Origin: a virus
IMG/VR virus record: IMGVR_UViG_3300021962_000027
Length of the DNA: 64,000 nt
Direction: 5' to 3' (one strand)
The notes below the pieces were generated by a model. The model was given only the letters and a program-made list of their open reading frames with translations. It was not told where the DNA came from and ran no database searches. How positions within the stretch are numbered: position 1 is the first letter of the stretch; each line of letters starts with the position of its first letter. Below, piece by piece: positions 52,401-61,438 of this stretch. The position numbers and the translations under genes are program-made.

Positions 52401-55400
52401 GTGATCTAGATCCTGGTATAGATGAATTGGTTAAAAAATACGTATTGGTTAAAGGTATGACAAAAAATATTGATCCTAATTTGGGTGAAGATTTTGTTAT
52501 AACGGAATTGACTAGAGTTTTTTTTAGGAAATTAAATATACAATTAAATGAAGGTAATTTAAAATTATTAATAACATATTTAAGATCTTTCATAGCTGAA
52601 ACTTTATTTAAATCGATAGCGTTAAATCTATATAACGGTAAAACAAGATTATTTGATTTAACTAAAGATAATTACGATTCGGCTTTAATTCACCCCTCAA
52701 AAGAAGGTGCTAAAAACCAAATTTATGACCATCAGAAAAAAAAATATATCGTTATTTCTGAAATTAAAAACGGTGTTTTAATACCAAAAGATTCTATATC
52801 ATATGTTAATGAAAAATTTGAAGATTTCCAGTCCGATATAGTGTTTAACGATTGGGTTAAAAAATTTAATAAAGATTTTGTTGAAAAAGCATTAACCACT
52901 TTAAATGGTTCCTTAGGGTCCTTACATGAAAAGTTATTAGAAAAATTAACCACAAATTATAATGATACTGTTGATGGGGATGGTTATGAATATGAAGATA
53001 TTAAAACCGATGAAATTGATATTAGAACAGGTACATACTATAGGATTAAAACACTTTATGATAAAAATGTTTCATATACTAATATTAATGCCACCGATGA
53101 TCGATTAATAAAGAAAAGTAGTCATGAACTAGGTTCTGCCGATGTTAATGCGATTTTAAATAGCCCGTTATTTTTTAACTTTAATGTACAACAACAAGAT
53201 ATTTGTGATGATAATGGTTTATTAACACCTAGTAGTGATAAATTAAAAGATTTAGTCGATTACACCCAAGTCTTGGATAGAGGTAATAACCCTTTTGGTA
53301 CAAAAGTTTTTGTTGATATAGTTTCATTTAAACAAACATTAACAGATGATTTATATAAGGAAGGTGAGATAAATAAAACCACATCAAAATCTATGTGGAC
53401 AATTTTATCTAAGTTAGCTAGTGATCATGAATTCTTATTGATGCCATTAACATCTTATATAAACTTAAGTGGTTCTGTTACCGAAAAAGATAGTCCATAT
53501 GATTTAGCCCATGACATGTTCGGTGTTTTTAACACACTTGAAATGTGGGAATCAAACCCCTCTTTCATATTCCAATTAGGGTCATTAACATCATCGGTTG
53601 GTAACGGTGGTAGTAAAAAGAATTCAGCTAAAAGTAATTTTGATTTAAGTAACTCTTTTTGTTTAGATATTGATCAAAATAGTCTGGATATAGATGGCAA
53701 TGGTAAAATCCTTAATGAAGACGTACCTTCAGATGTTAGAAATTCTAATGTCTCATCTTTTATCGTGGATTTTGCGAACCCTAATCAAAACATGTTTGAG
53801 AGTATACAGTTATCAACTGATGAGTTCGCTAATACGGAAGAAAGTATCAACGCACAAGTTGCCATAGCTGGTGGTCAACCAGTTTTATCAAGCGGTAAGT
53901 TATTTAGTGCGATGGAAAACAGATCATATTCTTGTACCGTTAATAGTCTAGGTAACGCTACAATACAACCATTATCATATTTTTACTTAAGAAATGTTCC
54001 TTTATTTTATGGTACCTATTGGATAACAAATGTTAGCCACAAAATATCTGCAAATAATACCATGACGACAACGTTTAAGGGTGTTAGACAACCGATAGCT
54101 AGAAAACCGACACCAAATGTTGCGGTTATTAGAGCATTACTTAAAAAAGCTAAAGAATTATCTGGCCAACAAGGTTATTTAGATAGGGATGATGCAACAC
54201 CAATACCAACGTCTGGTGAAATATATACCAATAGATCTTTCACAGGTGTTAGTGGTACAACTAGTGAAACCAAATATGGTTTATTGTATCAAAGAGCTAC
54301 TGATGAAGGGGTGAATAAATATGTTACATATAACGGTTTATGGGTTATCGCCTCATACTTAAAATTAATGACTGGTGGTGATGAAACTGATACGGTATTA
54401 ATTAAAACATTAATATCATATTTACATAATAACGCATCGGAATTGGCCGTATCGTGGGATATAGATTATACAGCACCATATTTTGTAGATATTGTTGCAT
54501 ATGATTTATATAATAAACTTGGGTATGAAACTAACGAACTATCTTTAAGTGAATTATTGGATAATTACCCAACAACAGCTGGTGATATGTATCAAACAAC
54601 CTTATATAAATTACTCGAATTCCAACAAAAACCGAATGATTTATTAGCTTATTTAACTTTAACAGCTGAAGAAAAATATAACCCAAAAACAACCTTAATC
54701 ACAAATAGTAAAGGAACGGCTATTACTAATGATGAGACATTACCTAAGATAACATTTCCTGGTGATTTTGGACAAGATAATCTTAGTGCGATAACAAGAG
54801 TCAATTATTGGGTTAGCGATACAACCAAAAGTAACCTTAAAACATTTAATGGATTATCAACTTATGAATTGGTTAGTTATTTTGACACAACACCAGCCAC
54901 ACCAACTGTTAGTATAGTACAACAAACATTACAAGAAGCGGCAATTCAAAACGCTATCCAATTGGATTTGGCAAACCCTGCCGAGTCAACTGGTGTTGTA
55001 GCACCTACGTTATACCCAGCAACAAACGCTAATTTAAATACACAGTTTAAATTTTCATTACAAGCACCAGCACAACAAACAGTACAACAACAGCTCTTTG
55101 CGGGGTTACCACAGTTTAATAATAACACACAAACTACAAGCGGTACAACACCTAGAGAACTTGGTTCACAAAAAGATGGTTCGTTTGATTTCTCTAAAGC
55201 CTTTTCAAAAACTTTTACAATAGAAGGTTATGATGAAGATTTGATTGCATATGTTATGGGTGGATATGGTAAGAGTAAAAAATATGCATTCTTTAAACTA
55301 TGTAATGATAGCGAAAAATTTGAGTATGATACCATAAAAATAAACAAACATGCTCATATTGATTTAAAAATACTGGGTCAAGATAATGGTAACGCTACTG

Positions 55401-56416
55401 GTGATACCATCAACAAGTGGACAATAAAAAATGTTACCAGCGAACAAACTGATAATATTTACGTATCACCCGTTCGAAACGGTAGCGGCCAACAAGGAAG
55501 TGGATTGGTAGTTGGTTGGGTTAACCCTTTAAAAGATATTTATGTTACCTCTGGTTATGGTTACCAAGCATCGAGAGGTAGGGTTCATGAGGGTAATGAT
55601 TTAAGAGCGGCTCTTGGTACTGATGTTTATGCTGTATTGGACGGTGTTGTCGTATCAAGCCAAGCGTTTGGTGGTTATGGTTATGCGGTAATATTATCAC
55701 ATCCAAATCACGGGCTATCAACATTATATGGTCACGTAAGAGAAAGATTTGTATCAGCTGGAGATACTGTATCAGCTGGTCAGCTAATCGCTAAATCTGG
55801 TGATGAGGGTTCACCAGGACAACCACATTTACACTTTGAGGTGTTGAAAAACGCTATTAGCTTAGACAATAGTAATTATTTTAGTTCAGCTAACCAAGCT
55901 TTATTAACCGACCCAGAACCATATCTTAAGGGTGAGGTTATCCCTAATAATAGTGGTGGGGATAGCCAAACAGCGGGTAGCGGAGATGTTGTTTCAAAAG
56001 GTTTGGATTATACAGTTGCGTTCTTAACAGATGTACTGAAAGGTCTTGGGGTTAGCTCACCTAATTCAAGCCAGATTAAATTTATGAAAGCTTGGAGACA
56101 GCATGAAGGTGCTAAGGCTACTTATAATCCATTTAACACAACACAAAAAGCAGCTGGGGCCACTAATTTCAATAGCGTTGGTGTTAAAAACTTTATAAAC
56201 AGAGCACAAGGTTTAAAGGCTACATTAGATACATTGAATAATGGTAGATATGGTGCTATAATAACAGCGATTAAAAATATCCGAAATGATGATGATATTA
56301 ACGCTGCTATGCAGGCTGTTAATGACTCACCATGGGGTAGTAACTTTAGCCCAGTTAATTATAAATCATGGAAAACTTTAAATAATTATATTTATGGTTA
56401 TGTTAATGAGGGTTAA
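49412..56416 (+). CDS. giant baseplate hub/tail lysin (2334 aa): hub C-terminal domain, M23 peptidase and lysozyme-like domain
   Basis: SYSCTVNSLGNATIQP..YFYL.NVP.F.G.YWITNVSH (hub); HEGNDL, YGH and PHLHFEV (M23); AWRQHEG...NPFNTTQ...GV.NF (lysozyme-like). Confidence 0.8.
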   Translation: MGLALANFLKERYLNSTDSDLGAVMSTAYDEYNNNILLSTAEKYHDAFKTETLFKNVHDLPVRYGTQSTAYQSPSTPVNHAIFAQNIVNESKTGKLFKTAQLFISSLATESNNGVVSPAQLGKIFKRTQGLIEVPTHLVLYIGGLYDFYYYGTPDNNIDLKTINGVSNKDGSDLLSNPLLLNKHYGSYAFDNNNAGLKAATLPFVKPLTPRFIDDLMSFDYESYRDQKLPKNYRDTYYDYEFKQDISLSNNISSHIPFSGYGVLNNYLNSMSYLYFNEGLDGQTNENSSLNDDGLPYHIIGNFRGKLKTFKTYNDQNINFLGSYNSYGPKVKFNISTADSDLNTITSAITFDNDFLYTDKNNKEKIEFFLLLSKIKCNFLGGYMDTVDVYNIVRKLCAINNLKAKQDDIEIPDFITLLIHSLIPPDGNEPDTDSNRVNRNLTILDKYNVDSRSFIGYIDIKTKEYNELYTIILMINQLTGNDLYDYASRLLVSMWSREFNQKENNKLKALDGRGSFVVYPSCGGDINVNNLFTQNDFDYGLGNNKASINPKYKYQKTNVVHTVFETQGDAYLSNLVHNDPEFLVIDSKVSNDITNYWNRTYLYSQINPGLAEFVSLNNSQNYSDRIIPKNVTANDTALMGMYLPVYFRPENAPSNGTFINYFDRYDDVYIIANTTDPEGVKRLKFDNKSLIYNTSRLFWFDSPNTSGVIYPETIKFAPKNATQKPDLISVDYYEYKHFHLKNGSVYDYKNGELFYDMSNTDEEVVRSYNDFKAGSTLYSTFENLVSNADSITNYYSDNKQIQDADSAKILLDIFDIDKLEDFRTLFKKFADGTQENYFNKTFNTFDFKSLLKHTTMFGYSNLPNSVELYGRSFGKDELLALICGYSGNFIEFASITGLAKVINTALTLGQEDKARFVIDEFLNAKITVNNYSTGGPLTIESSDLNNPNGLRLNSFIFNPIIAYSTNTRTYENIVASLGDVLLFRTILFGDQNISGYSDLDPGIDELVKKYVLVKGMTKNIDPNLGEDFVITELTRVFFRKLNIQLNEGNLKLLITYLRSFIAETLFKSIALNLYNGKTRLFDLTKDNYDSALIHPSKEGAKNQIYDHQKKKYIVISEIKNGVLIPKDSISYVNEKFEDFQSDIVFNDWVKKFNKDFVEKALTTLNGSLGSLHEKLLEKLTTNYNDTVDGDGYEYEDIKTDEIDIRTGTYYRIKTLYDKNVSYTNINATDDRLIKKSSHELGSADVNAILNSPLFFNFNVQQQDICDDNGLLTPSSDKLKDLVDYTQVLDRGNNPFGTKVFVDIVSFKQTLTDDLYKEGEINKTTSKSMWTILSKLASDHEFLLMPLTSYINLSGSVTEKDSPYDLAHDMFGVFNTLEMWESNPSFIFQLGSLTSSVGNGGSKKNSAKSNFDLSNSFCLDIDQNSLDIDGNGKILNEDVPSDVRNSNVSSFIVDFANPNQNMFESIQLSTDEFANTEESINAQVAIAGGQPVLSSGKLFSAMENRSYSCTVNSLGNATIQPLSYFYLRNVPLFYGTYWITNVSHKISANNTMTTTFKGVRQPIARKPTPNVAVIRALLKKAKELSGQQGYLDRDDATPIPTSGEIYTNRSFTGVSGTTSETKYGLLYQRATDEGVNKYVTYNGLWVIASYLKLMTGGDETDTVLIKTLISYLHNNASELAVSWDIDYTAPYFVDIVAYDLYNKLGYETNELSLSELLDNYPTTAGDMYQTTLYKLLEFQQKPNDLLAYLTLTAEEKYNPKTTLITNSKGTAITNDETLPKITFPGDFGQDNLSAITRVNYWVSDTTKSNLKTFNGLSTYELVSYFDTTPATPTVSIVQQTLQEAAIQNAIQLDLANPAESTGVVAPTLYPATNANLNTQFKFSLQAPAQQTVQQQLFAGLPQFNNNTQTTSGTTPRELGSQKDGSFDFSKAFSKTFTIEGYDEDLIAYVMGGYGKSKKYAFFKLCNDSEKFEYDTIKINKHAHIDLKILGQDNGNATGDTINKWTIKNVTSEQTDNIYVSPVRNGSGQQGSGLVVGWVNPLKDIYVTSGYGYQASRGRVHEGNDLRAALGTDVYAVLDGVVVSSQAFGGYGYAVILSHPNHGLSTLYGHVRERFVSAGDTVSAGQLIAKSGDEGSPGQPHLHFEVLKNAISLDNSNYFSSANQALLTDPEPYLKGEVIPNNSGGDSQTAGSGDVVSKGLDYTVAFLTDVLKGLGVSSPNSSQIKFMKAWRQHEGAKATYNPFNTTQKAAGATNFNSVGVKNFINRAQGLKATLDTLNNGRYGAIITAIKNIRNDDDINAAMQAVNDSPWGSNFSPVNYKSWKTLNNYIYGYVNEG

Positions 56417-56464
56417 TAGTAACTTTTAATAAAAAATTAGATATTTATAAGAAAGTAAACGATT

Positions 56465-56692
56465 ATGAACAACATTGGTAGCAAATTAGACCAATTCTTA
56501 GGTAAAAGAGTTGAAGAAGCACAAATCGGAGAAGAAGTTTGTGATTTAAAAACTGGAGTTTGTTATGTAAAAACAAAAGACGGTTTAATTGAGAGAACTT
56601 TGATAGAAAAAAAATTGGTCCTAGAGGACGGTAGAGAGCTATTGAGAGAAGAATCACCTATAAGCCATTCAACAAAAACATTTTTAAGATGA
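56465..56692 (+). CDS. hypothetical protein
   Basis: 75-aa ORF after the late promoter motif at 56442. Confidence 0.7.
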   Translation: MNNIGSKLDQFLGKRVEEAQIGEEVCDLKTGVCYVKTKDGLIERTLIEKKLVLEDGRELLREESPISHSTKTFLR

Positions 56693-57429
56693 GTAAGAAA
56701 TTAGATAATATTTTATCCGAAGAGATAAAAAGATTCAACAATATCATGTCCTATCAAGATAAACTATATGAGGGACATCATTATAAATTCTATGAAGCTG
56801 AAGAAGAAGCTCCAGTTGAGGTAGCACCTGAAGAGGTACCAGTTGATGCTGGTATTGACACCACTGGTGATCAAGCACCTATGGATCCAGGGATGGACAC
56901 AACAGCTCCAGAAGAAGCACCAGTTGCGGATACAGAACCAGCTTTAGGTGATGAAGTTGCCCCAGAAGAAGCACCAGCGGCTCCTGAAGGTGATGTTGAG
57001 GTTGATGTAACTGAATTAGTTAACTCCACAAAAGAAATGGCAGCAAAAGCCGATGATATTGTACAAAAGATAGCTAACTCATCACAAAAAATTGAGGATA
57101 TCATTAATAAAGTTAATAGTGTTGAACAAGGTTTACAAAAAATGGATTCATTGGTACAACAAATGGATGCGTTAACAAAACAAGTTGAATTAATGAGACC
57201 ACCAACCGAAGAAGAGAGAAGAAAAGTTTTGGCAAAAGATTCATATCCATTTAGTGTTACACAAGATGAATATATGAGTGGTAACGCACCAAAAACACAG
57301 ACCGATCTTGAAAATAGACCAGATAAGTTATCGATGATGGATAATCTTATGAACAATTATAATGAGACTGATATTAAAAACAGCTTTTATAATTCAAACA
57401 ATAAAGAAAAACCTGTAAGTAATTATTAA
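56689..57429 (+). CDS. acidic Pro/Glu-rich coiled-coil protein (possible prohead core/scaffold)
   Basis: LSEEIKRFNNIM leader, EEAP-rich linker, coiled coil. Confidence 0.55.
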   Translation: MSKKLDNILSEEIKRFNNIMSYQDKLYEGHHYKFYEAEEEAPVEVAPEEVPVDAGIDTTGDQAPMDPGMDTTAPEEAPVADTEPALGDEVAPEEAPAAPEGDVEVDVTELVNSTKEMAAKADDIVQKIANSSQKIEDIINKVNSVEQGLQKMDSLVQQMDALTKQVELMRPPTEEERRKVLAKDSYPFSVTQDEYMSGNAPKTQTDLENRPDKLSMMDNLMNNYNETDIKNSFYNSNNKEKPVSNY

Positions 57430-57430
57430 T

Positions 57431-57736
57431 ATGAATCATATACAACAAGAATTGGTTATGGAAAAATTAACAGTTGGTGACCCAGCGTTAACTTTTACAA
57501 ACACAGAGGATTATACAATTGAGTATTATGCTTTTATCCCATTGGGTAACACAAATGACACAGTAGTCGCAACAATTAATGGCGTTACTGATCTAACCTT
57601 CTCAATGATGGGTATGATGGAAATACCCATCGCATCAATAGAAGTTACAGAGGTTAATGTGAGTGAAAACGAAACAGCTAGTGTTTATAGAGGTTTATTA
57701 GTATTTGGTATTAAAAAATATAAATCCATCTTTTAA
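57431..57736 (+). CDS. hypothetical protein
   Basis: 101-aa ORF followed by a terminator. Confidence 0.7.
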   Translation: MNHIQQELVMEKLTVGDPALTFTNTEDYTIEYYAFIPLGNTNDTVVATINGVTDLTFSMMGMMEIPIASIEVTEVNVSENETASVYRGLLVFGIKKYKSIF

Positions 57737-57766
57737 CCCCTAACTCTAAAAAAAAATATTATATTT

Positions 57767-57792
57767 AACCCCCTTTAGGGGGTTTTTTGTTT
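57767..57792 (+). terminator. intrinsic terminator
   Basis: aaccccc-ttta-gggggtt plus a T-tract. Confidence 0.88.
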
Positions 57793-57818
57793 TATTAAAA
57801 AAATATTTTGTCAGGTTC

Positions 57819-57849
57819 TTGACTTTTCGGGTAATTGTACCTACTTTTG
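57819..57849 (+). promoter_or_regulatory. Bacteroidota-type promoter of the replication operon
   Basis: TTG-N20-TACTTTTG (TAnnTTTG) upstream of gp32. Confidence 0.65.
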
Positions 57850-57872
57850 TACCATAACAAAAATAAATTATT

Positions 57873-58817
57873 ATGATTGACTACAAAAAAATCGATTGGA
57901 GCAAGGCCGCAACAGACACACTGGCCGATTACGAGAAAGCAAAGTCGAAAACAACACAGACTACCCAATCTAGTTCTGTTGACTTGACAAAGTATTTTAC
58001 AATTGCACTTGATGAGGGTGCACAAAGCGGTGAGAAATCAATTAGGATTCTTCCTAATCAAGACGATCCGACAAAATGGTACAAAGTTGGTTATTTCCAC
58101 AACTTAAAAATTGGAAAAAGATGGACAAAACTTTATGATCCATCACAAGATGGTGACGCTTCACCATTGAATGACATGTATAAGTTCTTAATGAAAAGCG
58201 CTGACAAAGAAGACAAGAAATTGGCTATCAATTACAAGTCACGTCAGTTCTTCATTGTTCGTGTTATCGAACGTGGTAAAGAACATGAAGGTGTAAAATT
58301 CTGGAGATTCCCAGCTGTACAAGACGGCTCTGGTATCATGGACAAAGTCGCACCACTTGTTAAAAAGTATGGGGCGTTCTGGAACCCATTTGAAGGTTTT
58401 GACCTTACAATCTCTATGATTAGAGATAAATCAAGAGACTCAAAAGTTGGTTTCACAAAGGTTGCATCTATCATCCCTGATAGAGAGTCTAAACTTTCTG
58501 ATGATGAAAACCAGGCTGTAGAGTGGTTAGGTGATCCAATGGCTTGGACAGACGTATTTAAGAAAAAATCTGTTGAGTATTTAACTATTGTTGCTGAAGG
58601 TAGCGAACCAATTTGGGATGCTGAGCAAAAATGTTTTATCGCTAAAACTGAAGAAGGTGTAAGCACTTACACCTCAACACCAGCACCTAAAGCTGTGTAT
58701 GACGCTCCAGTTGCGATGTCTGAGGACGATGCTGATGACAACTCTTCTATGACTCAATCACCAGAGGTTGAAGAAGCACCAAATGCTCAGTTGAAAATTG
58801 ACGATTTACCGTTCTAA
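57873..58817 (+). CDS. single-stranded DNA-binding protein (T4 gp32-like)
   Basis: IRILP, FH, VRVIERG.E.EGVKFWRF, GFDL.I, and an acidic tail ending DDLPF. Confidence 0.88.
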   Translation: MIDYKKIDWSKAATDTLADYEKAKSKTTQTTQSSSVDLTKYFTIALDEGAQSGEKSIRILPNQDDPTKWYKVGYFHNLKIGKRWTKLYDPSQDGDASPLNDMYKFLMKSADKEDKKLAINYKSRQFFIVRVIERGKEHEGVKFWRFPAVQDGSGIMDKVAPLVKKYGAFWNPFEGFDLTISMIRDKSRDSKVGFTKVASIIPDRESKLSDDENQAVEWLGDPMAWTDVFKKKSVEYLTIVAEGSEPIWDAEQKCFIAKTEEGVSTYTSTPAPKAVYDAPVAMSEDDADDNSSMTQSPEVEEAPNAQLKIDDLPF

Positions 58818-58831
58818 AAAAAAATAACATT

Positions 58832-58886
58832 AAAGCATGGATGTAAGCATGGACATAATGTCTATGCAAGTGTCCATGCTTTTTTT
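58832..58886 (+). terminator. long hairpin with U-tract between gp32 and uvsX
   Basis: aaagcatgga...gcatggacat/atgtctatgc...tccatgcttttttt. Confidence 0.7.
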
Positions 58887-58907
58887 ACACCTAAAAAAAA
58901 ATATATC

Positions 58908-59921
58908 ATGGCAGTTAAGAAAAAAGAATTCTCTTTTGATGATCTCAAAAAGAAATTAAGCACAACAACAAAGTACAAAGCAGATTTATTCCTAAATTGT
59001 GGGGAAGCCTTTTTAGAGGCATCTGGCGTACCAGGCCCTTGTATGGGTCACATCAACATGTTACTTGGTCATACGAACACAGGTAAAACTAGCGCCTTAA
59101 TCTCAGCATCAGTTGATGCACAAAGAAAAGGTATTTTACCAGTTTATTTGGTAACAGAGAAAAAATGGAGTTTCGAACATTGCCAACTTATGGGATTGGA
59201 TTGTTCAAGAAATGAAGAAACTGGTGAATGGGATGGATTCTTCCTTTATCGTGATGACTTCAACTATGTTGAACAAGTTACCGATTACATCAATGAGGTT
59301 TTAGATATGCAAGCAAAAGGTGATTTACCTTATGATGTTTGTTTCTTCTGGGATTCAGTTGGTTCAGTACCATGTAAAATGACATGGGAAGGTAAAGGTG
59401 GTAAACAACACACCGCAGGTGTACTGGCTGAAAAGATTAATATGGGTATTAACCAAAGAATCAATAATAGCCGTAAAGAGACATCACCATATTTGAATGG
59501 ATTGGTTGTATGTAATTTACCATGGGTAAGACTCCCAGATTCACCAATGGGTCAACCTAAAATGAAACCAAAAGGTGGTGAAGCTATTTACCAAGCATCT
59601 ACATTAGTATTCCGTTTTGGTAATGAAGCTGATGGTGGTATTAACAAAATTGATGCAACTAGTAAAGGTAGAAAAATTAATTTTGCCACTAGAACAAAAG
59701 TTACTGTAGATAAAAACCATATTAATGGACTTGGATATGCGGATTCAAAACTTATCGTAACACCACACGGATTCATTACAGATGATAAACGTGATAAAGC
59801 TGCTTTAGATGCGTACAAAAAGGAAACTTTTGAGTACTGGGCTTCTAAATTAGATGACGCTAACTTTGAGTTAGAGGAATATGAGGTTAACCAAAAAATC
59901 TCTTATTCTGATGAAGATTAA
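58908..59921 (+). CDS. uvsX: RecA/UvsX recombinase
   Basis: GHTNTGKT Walker A, WDSVGS Walker B, PKGGEAI, KNH. Confidence 0.88.
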   Translation: MAVKKKEFSFDDLKKKLSTTTKYKADLFLNCGEAFLEASGVPGPCMGHINMLLGHTNTGKTSALISASVDAQRKGILPVYLVTEKKWSFEHCQLMGLDCSRNEETGEWDGFFLYRDDFNYVEQVTDYINEVLDMQAKGDLPYDVCFFWDSVGSVPCKMTWEGKGGKQHTAGVLAEKINMGINQRINNSRKETSPYLNGLVVCNLPWVRLPDSPMGQPKMKPKGGEAIYQASTLVFRFGNEADGGINKIDATSKGRKINFATRTKVTVDKNHINGLGYADSKLIVTPHGFITDDKRDKAALDAYKKETFEYWASKLDDANFELEEYEVNQKISYSDED

Positions 59922-60963
59922 TAAACCAATAAGACACAAAGTTAATACGAGTATTAACTCATTACTTATAGATGGTGAATATCTTCTAAAACAAGGATTT
60001 CATGGTACCAAGCAACTTCAGGGAAAAGAAGGTAGCGTTGGTACCATATTCCATTTTATCAATACGATTAAAAGGTTTTATCAGGATTATGCGGTTACAA
60101 AAGTTGTGGTATTTTGGGAAGGTAACGGTTCTAAAGAATACAGACAAGCTTACTACCCATATTACAAAAAAAATCGTGAAGATAAGGTTAGTCTTGATGA
60201 AAAATATGACTTAGATAGACAAAGAATTCGAATCAAACAATATCTTGAAGAATTATCGATTAGACAAGTTGAGATAGATGGTTGCGAAGCTGATGACGGC
60301 ATCGCACACTATTCAATGAACTCACCTAATGAGAATAAAATTGTTTACACAAATGATCGTGACTTATTACAACTATTAGATGAAAACACGAAAGTGTGTT
60401 TAACGATAAAAGGTGCTAAGGTTATGATTAATATGGATAATTTCGATAGCTATTTTGATTATCACTATTCAAATGTGGGTATATTAAAAATGATCGCTGG
60501 TGATACTAGCGATAACATATCTGGTCTACAAAATATTGGGGAACAAAAAGTTTTAAAATATTTCCCTGAAATAAAGAAACATACTGTTAACCAGGATTGG
60601 GTGATTAATCGAACCAAAGAACTATTAATTGAAAAACCTAACGATAAGACTTTAAATACTATCATCAACGGTGAAACTAAATGGGGTACATACGGTACTG
60701 ATTATTTTTCGGTAATGAACAAAATAATCAACCTTAAAGAACCTCACGTTACTAATGAATTAAAGGATTCTATTAATGAAATGGTTAATGAAACGTTATC
60801 ACCAGAAGGTAGAGGTGGTATTAAAAAAATAATGGAAATGATGAGAGAAGATGAGTTATTAAATTTTTTACCAAAAAATGATGACGCTTTCTTTGTTTTC
60901 TGGAGTTCTTTTATTACTATTATAAAAAAGGAAGAAAATGATTACAACACAAAAAACAAATAA
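59911..60963 (+). CDS. rnh: 5'-3' exonuclease / RNase H (T4 rnh, PolI N-terminal-like)
   Basis: LLIDG, YPYYK.NR, CEADDGIA, TNDRDLLQL, GDTSDNISG. ATG at 59911 is preferred. Confidence 0.9.
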   Translation: MKINKPIRHKVNTSINSLLIDGEYLLKQGFHGTKQLQGKEGSVGTIFHFINTIKRFYQDYAVTKVVVFWEGNGSKEYRQAYYPYYKKNREDKVSLDEKYDLDRQRIRIKQYLEELSIRQVEIDGCEADDGIAHYSMNSPNENKIVYTNDRDLLQLLDENTKVCLTIKGAKVMINMDNFDSYFDYHYSNVGILKMIAGDTSDNISGLQNIGEQKVLKYFPEIKKHTVNQDWVINRTKELLIEKPNDKTLNTIINGETKWGTYGTDYFSVMNKIINLKEPHVTNELKDSINEMVNETLSPEGRGGIKKIMEMMREDELLNFLPKNDDAFFVFWSSFITIIKKEENDYNTKNK

Positions 60964-60964
60964 C

Positions 60965-61426
60965 ATGGAAGAAAAAAGAGAACAACGTAAATTTGAATTT
61001 ACACTTTACCTAAACGATAACATTATCGTACAAAGGTTTTTTAACATTATTGGGTTTAATAATAAAGCCATCAATTCTTTGAATTTTAAAGAGGCTATTG
61101 ATGATAATATGTATTTGATTCAAAGTGTCCTAAAAGATAGGACTTTGGATTTTATCACCGAACACCAAAGACATTTTCTCGAAACAAAAGATTACGAACA
61201 AAATGCATCAAAGGATGTTATGAAAATCGTTGTTAAACACGATGGTAAAGTTATTGCGTATAGAGAATGGGACGCAACCATTTACCCAGTTAAAGTTAGA
61301 TACACAGTTGATATACGCCAACATATCTATGATTTAATCACTAGAGTACAAAAATGTTTGTGCACACCAACTAGAGATCTTGAAACAGAGTACATAGGGT
61401 ATGATTTACAGGTTCAATTAGTATAA
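60965..61426 (+). CDS. hypothetical conserved replication-region protein
   Basis: ORF between rnh and the helicase; ATG at 60965. Confidence 0.7.
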   Translation: MEEKREQRKFEFTLYLNDNIIVQRFFNIIGFNNKAINSLNFKEAIDDNMYLIQSVLKDRTLDFITEHQRHFLETKDYEQNASKDVMKIVVKHDGKVIAYREWDATIYPVKVRYTVDIRQHIYDLITRVQKCLCTPTRDLETEYIGYDLQVQLV

Positions 61427-61438
61427 AATAAAATTTAA

